DNA from: Ranitomeya imitator
Lineage: Eukaryota
NCBI RefSeq assembly: GCF_032444005.1
Contig: NC_091291.1
Location: forward strand, 19,158,001-19,222,000
Direction: 5' to 3'
Length of the DNA: 64,000 nt
This document shows, one piece after another, positions 1 through 11,783 of the stretch (positions within the stretch are counted from its first letter, which is position 1; every line of letters begins with the position of its first letter). The notes beneath the pieces were generated by a model that was not told the DNA's origin, ran no database searches, and was given only the letters and a program-made list of their open reading frames with translations. The position numbers were made by a program, and so were the translations under genes.

Positions 1-404
1 TCCTCACTCTTCCCACTTGCCCTGGTGCGGTGATAAGTGGGGTAATAGGGTTGGGGTTGATGTCAGCCCAGGGATTAGTATGGAGAGGTGTTTATCAGAC
101 ACCCCCATTAATAACCCCATAGTCATACTACATAGCCAGAAAAAAGACTTTTAATTGAAATAAAAGACAGCCCACCCTCATTTTCCAATTTATTACATAA
201 AAATTCCTATTGTTCTAATCTCGGAAAGGGGACAATATCCTAAAAAGTTCCCAGGCTATTAATTACAGCTTACAGCTGTTTTCTTAGCCTCTACTGGTTA
301 ATTTACAGGGGACCCCAGAAAAAAATAACGTAGGGTCCTGCGTGTGGCTAGGGAACTTCAACACAGCTTCCCAAACATGTGATAAACCCCAGTTCATTTA
401 TGTT

Positions 405-631
405 TTAAGGAGGGGGGAGGGGTAATCACTTTTTTCACACAGGGCCCTGTAGGTTTGGATTTCTTGTCCCCTTAATATTAAAGACCTTTATTTATAAACT
501 AAATTTTGTAGATACTTGTTTTATCTTTGTCTAATATTTACATTTGTCTGGTGATTGGAAACATTTAATTGTGACAAACATGCAAAATAATAGGAAATCA
601 GGAAGGGGGTGAACACTTTTTCACACAACTG
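405..631. mobile_element. Terminal remnant of a Tc1-like element (duplicated at about 20854-21080)
   Basis: Ends in GGGGTGAACACTTTTTCACACAACTG|TA, a typical Tc1 TIR end with TA and an internal TTTTCACAC direct repeat. Confidence 0.5.
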
Positions 632-632
632 T

Positions 633-2520
633 AGTTTCTATCTATCACACTATATATAAGCACCTGCCTATGAGGTACAACCAACAACTTGAATAAGTAA
701 ATACGACAAAAGAGGTCTCCGAATCTAGACGATCTGTCCATAGATGGGAAAAAAAGGAGAAGAAACCAGATATGAAAAGGAAGCTACTCCGAGTGAAGGG
801 CCACAGCTTATAACACACAGAAACCAATGCGACTTTTAGGGTTTGTCTTGCAGACAACTATAAAACATTATACTCAAGTCTGAAATGTTGAAATGTTATA
901 AAGGTCCAAAAAGACACCTGCGATCCCCGGATATCCTAAGGCTACGGTCATGGCCCAAAAACCTGTCCGATCTTCATCCAAAAAATATCAGATGTTTTTT
1001 CATCTCTATTGTCCCCTGTATGCCATCTTATATTATGCATCCAATTTACAAGACCAAAATCAGTTCCCTACGTCAAGAATGGTACTGTATTTTCTGGCGT
1101 ATAAGACTACTTTTTAACCCCTGAAAATCTTCTCAAAAGTCGGGGGTCGTCTTATACGCCAGGTGTCGTCTTATGGGGCAGATGCGGAGTAATCTGCGGT
1201 CGCCGCATATTGTGGGGGGAGCGGTCCCAATGACAAGGTGAGGGGACGCCTCACCGGGAAGGTGTAAGTGAAGCAGAGGCAGAGAAGGAGATAATAGGAT
1301 ACAAGGGCGAGCCAGATGAGTGAAAGAGGAGTGTTTTTCTAGGCACAGCACCGCTCTCTCTCTTTTTTGCATACCCCTGGCATCCCAGACGCTGACAGTT
1401 TGCTTCACTTACACCTTCCTGGTGAGGCGCTAAATGTAAAAATCGGATGCTCTTTGGATGATTTCTTTGGGATCCGATTATTTATTTTTTTTTGTACATA
1501 CCTAAATTTGAAGAGTTTCATTCAAAATATGGAATTGAATAGTGTATGGTGCAATTTTATTTCACATGAACAATCAGTCCACGTTAAAACCTGTCATTTG
1601 GACAGGCAAGTTGAATGACATTGGTTCCGATGCTGTCCATGTGAGCTCAGTTTCTCCACAGTGACCACTCGGACCTGTTGTGTGAACATAGCCTAGAAAT
1701 GAGCTAGTGCTACAAGCAGGCGAGGTTGGGAGAAGGCATGTAATGATCCTCAATAGACATTTTGACATAGCTTTGGAAGACCTGGCCCGTCCATGATATA
1801 CGGTATATGGTTGGATTTTCATTTGAATGTAATACAACACCACCCCTGACATTGATGGCCAAATGGAGCTTCTCTAGGATGGCGACTTTTAGAGAAGTGG
1901 TTGTCTTAACCACTTCAGAACAATTTTTGAGGCAAACTGTATTTTCGACACAGAAACCTTTGCAGACTGTTAAATCGTAAGAATGATTTTTTTTTAGATT
2001 TTATACAGTTTGGAACTTTGTACCAGACCACAGTGCCCGATTCATAAGGTGAGTCCCAGGGAAGATCATAGAATCCTAGAATGTTAGAGTTGGAAGGGAC
2101 CTCAAGTGTCATCGTTTCCAACCTCCAGCTCAATGCAGGAGTCGCTAAACCATCTCAGATGTCTGTTCAGCCTCCATTGAAGGAGAACGCATTCATGGCA
2201 GCCTGCTCCACTCATTGATCACTCTCACTGTCAAAAAGTTTTTTCTAATACCTAATCTGTGTCTTATCCCATTGCTTCTCGTCTTTCCTTGCGCCAATGA
2301 GAATAAAGCTGATCCCTCTACGGAGGGGCAGCCCTTGAGATATTTGAGTTCTTTATCTAATCCCTCTACTCAAACCCTATCAAGTTTTAACGTGTCCTCT
2401 TCCCGCTCTTCTCTCAGCAATTCAGACTGAAGAAAGACAAAGCTATAGATTCCCAATTTTCAGTTCCTGAAATTTAATTTTTTATAATCCAGAAATTTTG
2501 TAAAGTTGGAAAAATTGCGT
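633..2520 (+). pseudogene. Degenerate relic of an IRG3-type gene (promoter/exon 1, intron ends, first codons)
   Basis: 633-890 aligns by eye with 38389-38790. 2385-2520 aligns with the IRG3 acceptor and start (ctctcag...agactgaagaaag...ATAGATTCCCAATTTTCAGTTCCTGAAATTTAA = IDSQFSVPEI* vs MDSQFIVPENE). The GTPase domain is absent. Confidence 0.7.
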
Positions 2521-2868
2521 GTTACAGTCAAGAAGGGGTTCAGTTATGAACAACATGGGGATATCCAGCTACCGCCCAAAAAAAATCATTTATAATAACT
2601 TTATATTCTTCATATGCTCTAAAAAATAGAAATATATAAAAGTAGAAACATTTTTCCCACGCGTTTTGAGCGTTAAAAGCGCTTAATCATAGCACTATAG
2701 CTATCCAAATGAGTGTCGTTCAAACCGTTCCGTAATCACCCACATCTATTACTGGAACCTATAACTCTCCTCCACATGGTTGAAAGAGAAAAACCTATAG
2801 CGACTAGAAAACACGAAAGTGTATATAATACTTATCTCAAGCACACCTCACTGGCCCATGCATTGTGA

Positions 2869-3149
2869 CTAGTGTTGAGTGAACGTGATTGGATAAGGCG
2901 TTATCGGAGGATGATTGGGGGCTAGCCTAGTATCTTTGGCATGCTCAAATAATATGTTTGAGTCCCCACGGCTCTTCAACAGCCGCAACAAATGCAGGGA
3001 TTGCTTGTTTGTTAGGAATCCCTGCATGTGTTGCGGCTGTCGAAGAGCCGCGGGGATCACAAATATTTTTGTAGAACGCCGAAGACACTCGGTTAGCAAC
3101 CGAGCATGCTCTGATAACGCCTTATCCGATCATGTTCGCTCATCACTAG
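2869..3149. mobile_element. Palindromic MITE (family also at 23305-23575 and 47081-47394)
   Basis: Ends CTAGTG(A/T)TGAG(C/T)GA ... TCGCTCATCACTAG with a strongly self-complementary interior. Confidence 0.7.
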
Positions 3150-3168
3150 TCACTAATAGTGACCTGTC

Positions 3169-3960
3169 ATGAACCAGTTTATCGCCACCTTCTTGAAAAA
3201 ACACAGTGGACCTACACCAGCAGATGACATGGCTCCCCAAACCATCACTAATTGTGGAGACTTCACACTAGACCTCCAGCAGCTTGGATTGTGGCCTCTC
3301 CACTCTTCCTCCAGACTCTGGACCTTGATTTCCAAATGAAATTCAAAATTTACTTTCATCTGTAAACAACACCTTGGACCACTGACAACAGTCCGGTTCT
3401 TTATCTCCTTGGCCCAGGTAAGACGCTTCTGGCGTTGTCTATTGGTCATGAGTGGCCGGACACAAGGAATGGGACACTTGTAGCCCATGTCCTGGATACG
3501 TCTGTGTGTGGTGGCTCTTGAAGCAATGACTCCAGCAGCAGTCCACTCCTTGTGAATCTTCCCCAAATTTTTGAATGTCCTTTTCTTAATCCTTTCAAGG
3601 CTGCGGTTTTCCCGGTTGCTTGTGCACCTTTTTCTACCACACTTTTTTCCTCCACTGAACTTTCCATTAATATGCTTGGATACAGCACTCTGTGAACAGC
3701 CGGCTTCTTTAGCAATGACCTTTTGTGGCTTACCCGCCATGTGGAGTGTGTCAATGACTGCCTTCTGGACATCTGTCAAGTCAGCAGTCTTCCCCATGAT
3801 TGTGGAGCTACTGAAACAGACTAAGGGACCTTTTTAAACGCTTAGGAAGCCTTTGCAGATGTTTTTTGTTAGTTATTCTAATTTATTGAGATAATGACTT
3901 TTGGGTTTTCATTGGCTGTGAGCCATAATCATCAACATTAGCAGAAATAAACACTTGAAA
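3169..3960 (-). mobile_element. Truncated Tc1 of a second family
   Basis: ORF 3153..3797 MGKTADLTDVQKAVIDTLH...CSQSAVSKHINGK..GRKRCTSNR...VMVWGAMSSAGVGPLCF is a recognisable Tc1 transposase N-terminus to mid-DDE region. The C-terminus is missing. Confidence 0.85.
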
Positions 3961-4039
3961 TAATGTACATATATATAGAAATATACCTATATACTGTATA
4001 TACACAGACTACAGACACATGACTTGCACATATATACTA

Positions 4040-4760
4040 GTGGGCCATCGTACAGTGTGGGGGCCACGGTAGGGACCATAATACAGCATGAGGGCCCCTG
4101 TGGGAACTATCTTTCACCTTTTGGGCCACTGTAAGGGCCATTATATAGCATGGGGGTCACTGGGAGGACCATCATACAATGTGGGGGGCCACTGTGAGGG
4201 CCATCATACCTCGAGGGTGTCACTGTTGGGGCCATCATACAGTGAGAGGGACTGTTGGTACCATCATATAGCATGCAGGGCACTGTTGGGTCCATCATAC
4301 AGTTTGGAGGATTCTGTGGGGGCCACTATACAGCACATGTGCTATTGGGCGGCCCTAATATAGAGTTGGGGCTACTGTACAGGATGTCATACTGTAAGGT
4401 GACTACTATGGAGGCTATCATACAGCATGGAGTCTAGTGTGAGGGTCATCATATAGCGTGGGGGCATCATACAGCATGTGGACTACTGTGGGGGTATCAT
4501 ACAGTGTAGGGGTATTATACTATAGGGGAGCTGTGGGCCCATTATACTGAATATAGGGGAAACTGTGGGCCCATCATGCTGTGTGTAAGGGAACTTTTGG
4601 ACCATCATATAGACCTGTGGTGGACGTTACACTGGGTATAGAGGAGCTGTGGGCCCATCATATTGTGCATAGAGGAGCTGTGGGGGAATCTTACTGTGCA
4701 TAGGGAGCTGCACATGGGGGTCTCGGGGGATATTATTACAGCAGGTGGAGCTGTAGGGAC
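4040..4760. repeat. Degenerate about 30-bp tandem repeat (GGGCCATCATACAGTGTGGGG core); duplicate at about 24450-25020 and 25680-25900
   Basis: Recurrent ccatcatac/gggcc motifs at about 30-bp spacing. Confidence 0.65.
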
Positions 4761-7700
4761 ACACATGGCAGCAGTGGCTCCTCATTGGGGTATCAGCAGG
4801 ATTAGGAGTTTGCCTAGGTTGGGAATAGATGGGAACGGTACTGGAAATGTGTTAAATAAAATATGTCTGCTGTAAATTCTGCAGATGAGTCTTGGCTGGA
4901 AAAAGTTGTCATGTCAATCTGGGTCAGACTGAAAAGATGAGAAAAGAGAACCCATCAGACAAAACGTCACCTGTATGTCGCCATCTATAACTGTACTGTG
5001 ATCTTTTGTTCTGCAGGACTGATATCTACCACTATATGGTCACCGTGTGGCCGTGTTGGTCTTTGTATAGAGATTATTGTCAGTAAAAACACGGTTGCTG
5101 AGGTTTCCCTATAGTTGAAATTAGGGTGCGCCACCGTAACTGTAAACATAGTTATCTGTTTAGGAGCCAACTCTAATGTTCCCCCCCCCCCCCCCCCGAA
5201 TACCCCCCTGAGTACCCCCCGAGCTTATCCTCTATCTAAGCCTCTAGGTAATGGAAATGGCATAAGGCCAAGTTTCTCTTTAGAAAATGTCACGTAACTT
5301 TCAATTGTGTAGTATTCACTCTCAAACTGCTTACGGCTCTGTGATAACCACATATTGCTGAGGGAGCTAAGTCATTTTTCAAGCTTTGACGTATCAGTGG
5401 TAATAGTGACAGCTCCTCTACTTTCCTGAAATCCCAAGGAACACCATTACAGGTGAGAGATTCTTCCCCTTTATACTCACTGATGTTTATGGTGGGCAGT
5501 GCAAGGAGGCAAAATATGGGGCTCAGTAGCAGGACATGGTTGTGTATTAGTTGTGTTTTGTGATAAGGAAAGGCTGAGACAGATAATATACAGACATAGA
5601 AGAAGTAACTACGACACCAACACAACTTTAGTAAGTATAACTAACTCTACTGAGAAGGTGACCGCTCAGTGTAATCGTTAAAAATGGGAAACTCATCTAA
5701 GGAACATGAGAAGCAATTGCCAGAGAAGAAAAAGCTTACATTAGGAGTTGGAGAAGGCTTAAAAAAAATTCTCAAATGTTTTAACTTGTTCCTAAAAGTA
5801 TGACGGAGACTACTTATATTTGTTATGGTCAAGTATAGTGGATTAGATTCTCTTAAATATCATGATAATTGTTATAAGGCCACCTGACTGACGTATAAAG
5901 ATCAGCCACACATTCACTGGTTAATAGAAGGCTAATTTAATGCTTATTGATGGTCCACCTAGAAGTAGAAGGTAGGTTATTGTAAGAAGCTGAATGTGGA
6001 GCTCCATGACAAAAGGTGACAAAGAAACATGATGCAGATCCATCTCCATTAAATATGTTACCCCAAAACTCTACAGTAGAGGAGAGCGAGCGTGATAAAA
6101 CTGAATTTTGCTCCCTCTACCATGCGCCTGTAGAACAATCGTGAGCACAATTTGGGGAACCAGTTTCCTACTTCTCTCGACTAGTCATCCGCCCTCTCTA
6201 CTGAACCTATAACTTCAACTTTCATAGTACTTTCTCAGACAGAGAACAGTGGAATTGAAAGGTGGACCATGAATTCACTCCTGGGTCTGACATTAAAGTA
6301 TAGCACTCAGAAGATCCTGGAAAAAAAGCAGGTTTGTAAATCACAGGGAGCATGTGGATAAGGTGATCCGTATTCCCAAATGGTTGGGTAAGATAACTAG
6401 AAGAAAAGCATAATATCTTGGTACTTGGAGGAAAAGTTTAGGCAAGGTGATAGACCAAGAAGGAGGTCCAGTTTTGGGGAGGTAGAGAAGCTTAAAGGGA
6501 ACCTGGCATGAGGATTTTACGCCTAAAACTAATGGCATGTATCCACTGCTACTTTCATGTTGTTTAAATTCATATCTACACAAAGAGAAATCTTACCCCG
6601 TAAACCCCAGTCCAGAGCCTCTCATCTAGCCAAATCAGATCTCATACTTCGTACTGACGAGGGCCAATAGCCCAAAACACCGTGTCTGCAAATTGAGATT
6701 CTGATTTGGCTTTTTTTTCTAAGCCATATTGCACGACTCGTTAAAGGGTTGATTGTGACTTGTAGGATTGCTACTCCAACAGGTGGCGCTATAGAGTTCA
6801 AGTCCTCTTTTTCTCTGAAGAAGCAATTTGCATATATCTTTATTACAGAATTTTGTAGCTTCTAAGAAATCCAGGTTTCAACATCATATGCAAATGAGCT
6901 GCAAGTGCTTTGGGGTGAGACATTCCACTGGCAGCTCTCATGCCTACCCTCCACATACACGGCCTGGTATCTGACAGGTTATTTTTATAGTAATTACTTA
7001 CCTTCTCTGCCACGGAAGTTAGACACAAAAGGTGGACGGGGTATATGGATAGAGGGCAGGAGAGCTGCAAGTGCAATGTCCCACCTCAAAGCACTTGCAG
7101 CTCGTTTGCGATTTAAAAGTTGGATTTCCCAGAAACTACAAAACAGATTTCTACAATTAAGGTATGGATTTAATCAGTGTGAAGCGGTTGTATTATTGCT
7201 ATTGGTTTGAGTTGTAAAATCATCATGTGAATTTTTCTTCAGGCAAAAGCCTAAGCAAACATTAGGGAGGCAAAGCAAAAAGGGCGAGGTGCTACTGCCA
7301 CCAGTAAAAGAAGCAGTCAGCTGATCCAACCTACATGCCACTAAGAGAGGTGGCATACTGTATGTACACACCAAGGGACCAACCTATGACAGCCAGCAAT
7401 AAGTACTGTCATTATCGACTTGCCTGACCTCCAGCATTGCCAACAAAAGTGTATTTAAAAGGAACAATGACTCCAGAAAACTCAGAAAGGAACTTATGAT
7501 GATGTAACGCTTGATTAAAAGTGCTGTGCTGGAGAAGTACAGTTAGATCCAGAAATATTTGGACAGTGACACAAGTTTTGGCATTTTAGCTGTTGTCCAA
7601 AACACATTCAGGATACAGTTATATTATCAATGTGGGCTTAAAGTACAGACACTCAGCTTTAATTTGAGGGTATTCTCATCTTAATAGGAGTAAGAGTTCA

Positions 7701-8050
7701 GGAATTACAGCTCTGTAGTATGTAGCTCCCTCTTTTCAAGGGACCAAAATAATTGGACAGTTATCTCAAAAGCTCATTTATGGGCAGAATGGACTTTTTT
7801 CTCTTTAATCCATCATTAATTAAGCAGTTAAAAGGTCTGGAGCTGATTCCAGGTGTGGCATTTTGCATTTGGAAGCTGTTGCTGTGAACCCACAACATGA
7901 GGTCACAGAAGCTCTCAATGGAAGAGAAACAGACCATGATTAAGCTGAAAAAAGAAGAAGACATCCATCAGAGACACAGCAGAAATGTTAGGAGTAGCCA
8001 AATCAAAATTTGGTACATTATTCAAAAAAAAAAGTGAACTGGTGAGCTTA

Positions 8051-8809
8051 GGCTGGTTTCACATTTGCGTTTTTTGCCGCTGCGTTTTTCCGTAAAAAAA
8101 CGCATGCGTTTTTTTTCCTATACTTAACATTAAAAATGCATGCTTTTTTGGCATGCGTTTTGCCGCGTTTTGCCACCGCATGCGTCTTTTGTATGCATGC
8201 GTTGTGTTGCAGAAATGCAACATGTAGCATCTTTTAGCGGCGTTTTTTTTTTGCCGCAAAAAAACGCATGCATTTTTTTGCGGCAAAAAAACCTATTGAT
8301 GTCTATGTAAACGCATGCGTTTTTAAGCACATGCATTTGTTTGCGTTAAAAACGCATGCGTTTTTATAAAAAAATTCAGAAAACACACTGATATGCCACC
8401 CCCCACCATAAAGGTGATAAAGGGATCCTAACCCTATCCCTAAAGGGATCCTAACCCTAACCCTACCCCTAACCCTAAAGGGATCCTAACCCTAACCCTA
8501 AAGGGATCCTAACTCTAACCCTAAAGGGATCCCTATCCCTAACCCGAACCCTAGCTATTTCTGTTTATAGTGGGTTTTTTACTTTATTTTGATGATTGGC
8601 ATCTGTCACACATTTCTCAGCATGCGTTTAAAAACGCAAACGCATGAAAAAACGCATGTAAACGCGTCAAATCGCCGCGTTTTTTTCCCCACATGCAAAA
8701 ACACATGCGTCTAAAAAACGCAGCGTTTGCACGCATTTACATGCATTTTTTCACCATGCTTTTTTTTAAAAAAACGCATGTGTTTTAAAACGCAAGTGTG
8801 AAACTAGCC
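8051..8809. mobile_element. PIF/Harbinger-type MITE
   Basis: TIRs GGCTGGTTTCACATTTGCGTT / AACGCAAGTGTGAAACTAGCC; TTA duplication (8048-8050, 8810-8812); single TTA at the empty site near 28717; interior rich in AAAACGCATG and CCCTAA repeats. Confidence 0.8.
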
Positions 8810-10043
8810 TTAGGTAATCAAAAAGGACTCAACGGTACAGACAACAGTGGTTAGATAATCGCATAATCATTTCCATGGTGAACAAAAACCCTCTCACAAC
8901 ATTCAGCTAAAGGTACCGTCACACTAGACGATATCGCTAGCGATCCGTGACGTTGCAGCGTCCTGGCTAGCGATATCGTCCAGTGTGACACGCAGCAGCG
9001 ATCAGGCCCCTGCTGTGATGTCGCTGGTCGGGGAAGAAAGTCCAGAACTTTATTTGGTCGCTGGACTCCCCGCAGACATCGCTGAATCGGCGTGTGTGAC
9101 ACCGATTCAGCGATGTCTTCACTGGTAACCAGGGTAAACATCGGGTTACTAAGCGCAGGGCCGCGCTTAGTAACCCGATGTTTACCCTGGTTACCAGCGT
9201 AAAAAAACAAACAGTACATACTTACATTCAGCTGTCTGTCCCTTGCCGTCTGCTTCCTGCACTGACTGCTGGCCGTAAAGTGAAAGTGAAAGCACAGGAC
9301 AGCGGTGAGTCACACGTGGCTGTGCTCTGCTTTCACTTTACGGCCAGCAGTCAGTGCAGGAAGCAGACGGCAAGGGACAGACAGCTGAATGTAAGTATGT
9401 ATAACCACAGAGAAAAATGGAGTTCCATACACATATATAAAAATAGTAAACTTTATTGAAAACATATGAAAAAACATACAACAATATAAATGAAGAAAGG
9501 ACAGAAAACCTAGTGGGAAACAAATAAAGCCTCGGCACAAAAATATCGGTACAAAGTATGTACTGCTAAGAAATAATTATATGGCACTCAATAAGTCAAT
9601 AATTATATGGTAATTATATGGCACTCAATAAGTCAGCGTTATAGATATCAAGGACATCATTGGATGCAAAACATGCATCCACAGAATGAATCAAGGTACC
9701 AATGGAAAATCACTGAGTGCTGGCATAAAAATGTGTGTTTAAAGTAACTGTCATAATGACCGACACACAAAAAAGAAACCAAGCAGTACAACTTAATCAG
9801 GAATAGTTTCCTTACCCATAGTGGAAAGACGTAAAGTGCCGAGGTCCCAGGTTGACCCCCCTCATTATGACAGTCACTTTAAACACACATTTTTATGCCA
9901 GCACTCAGTGATTTTCCATTGGTACCTTGATTCATTCTGTGGATGCATGTTTTGCATCCAATGATGTCCTTGATATCTATAACGCTGACTTATTGAGTGC
10001 CATATAATTACCATATAATTATTGACTTATTGAGTGCCATATA

Positions 10044-11783
10044 CCGTATATACTCGAGTATAAGCCGACCCGAGTATAAGCCGACCCCCCTAATTTTGCC
10101 ACAAAAAACTGGGAAAACTTATTGACTCGAGTATAAGCCTAGGGTGGAAATGCAGCATTTACCGGTGAATTTCAAAAATAAAAATAGATCATTATTTCCC
10201 CATAGCTGTGCCATATAGTGCTCTGCACCGTTCATATTTCCCCATAGGTGTGAACCATATAGTGCTCTGCACCGTTCATTGTGCCCCCTAGCTGTGCCAT
10301 ATACGGTGCTCTGCACCGTTCACTGTGCCCCATAGCTGTGCCATATACGGTGCTCTGCACCGTTCACTGTGCCCCATAGCTGTGCTGTGCCATATACGGT
10401 GCTCTGCACCGTTCACTGTGCCCCATAGCTGTGCTGTGCCATATACGGTGCTCTGCACCGTTCATTGTGCCCCATACATAGCTGTGCTGTGCCATATACG
10501 GTGCTCTGCACCGTTCACTGTGCCCCATAGATGTGCCATATACGGTGCTCTGCACCGTTCACTGTGCCCCATAGCTGTGCTGTGCCATATACGGTGCCCT
10601 GCACCGTTCATTGTGCCCCATAGCTGTGCTGTGCCATATACGGTGCTCTGCACCGTTCATTGTGCCCCATACATAGCTGTGCTGTGCCATATACGGTGCT
10701 CTGCACCGTTCACTGTGCCCCATAGATGTGCCATATACGGTGCTCTGCACCGTTCACTGTGCCCCATAGCTGTGCTGTGCCATATACGGTGCCCTGCACC
10801 GTTCATTGTGCCCCATAGCTGTGCTGTGCCATATACGGTGCTCTGCACCGTTCACTGTGCCCCATACATAGCTGTGCTGTGCCATATACGGTGCTCTGCA
10901 CCGTTCACTGTGCCCCATACATAGCTGTGCTGTGCCATATACGGTGCTCTGCACCGTTCACTGTGCCCCATAGCTGTGCTGTGCCATATACGGTGCTCTG
11001 CACCGTTCACTGTGCCCCATAGCTGTGCTGTGCCATATACGGTGCTCTGCACCGTTCATTGTGCCCCATACATAGCTGTGCTGTGCCATATACGGTGCTC
11101 TGCACCGTTCACTGTGCCCCATAGATGTTCCACATAAATTTGTGCCGCCGCTGCCGCAATAAAGAAAAAAAAACACATACTCACCTCCCTTGATTGCAGC
11201 TCCCGGCGTCTCGTTCCGGCGCCTCCATCTTCCCGGCGTCTCTGCTCTGACTGATCAGGCAGAGGGCGCCGCGCACACTGTATGCGTCATCGCGCCCTCT
11301 GCCTGAACAGTCAGAGAGCAGAGACGCCGGGAAGATGGAGGCGCCGGCCGGGAAGATGGAGCGGCGCCCGGCGGCTGGAACGAGGACAGGTGAATATGCT
11401 ATACTTACCTAGTCCTGGCGATCCTCGCGCTGTCCCCTCCTGTCTTCGGTGCCGCAGCTTCTTTCTCTATCAGCGGTCACCGGCACCGCTGATTAGAGAA
11501 ATGAATAAGTGGCTCCGCCCCTATGGGAGGTGGAGCCGCTTATTCATTTCTGTAATGAGCGGTCCCACGTGACCGCTGAAGAGAGGAAGAAACTGCAGCG
11601 CCGAAGCCCGTGGGACGGCAGGGACAGCGCGAGGATCGCTGGGACTAGGTAAGTATACCCCAGCGCCCTCACCCCCTCACCCGCCGACCCCACCGCTACC
11701 GTGACTCGAGTATAAGCCGAGGGGGGCACTTTCAGCCCAAAAATTTGGGCTGAAAATCTCGGCTTATACTCGAGTATATACGG
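10044..11783. mobile_element. pogo/Tc1-type MITE
   Basis: TIRs CCGTATATACTCGAGTATAAGCCGA in inverted orientation, with TA duplication. Confidence 0.8.
10200..11130. repeat. About 49-bp minisatellite (44/49/53-bp variants) inside the MITE
   Basis: Unit CCATATACGGTGCTCTGCACCGTTCACTGTGCCCCATAGCTGTGCTGTG repeated about 19 times; explains ORFs 10325-11176. Confidence 0.9.

Noticed and set aside
5000-7450. Possible decayed non-LTR retrotransposon coding sequence (also 26300-28150)
   Set aside because: Fragments such as LPRKLDTKGGRG and HLGIRIT resemble RT C-terminal motifs but occur on conflicting strands and in the wrong order. Left unassigned.
10325-11176. Cys/His-rich 199-aa ORF resembling a metal-binding protein
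   Set aside because: Translation of the 49-bp minisatellite inside a MITE.
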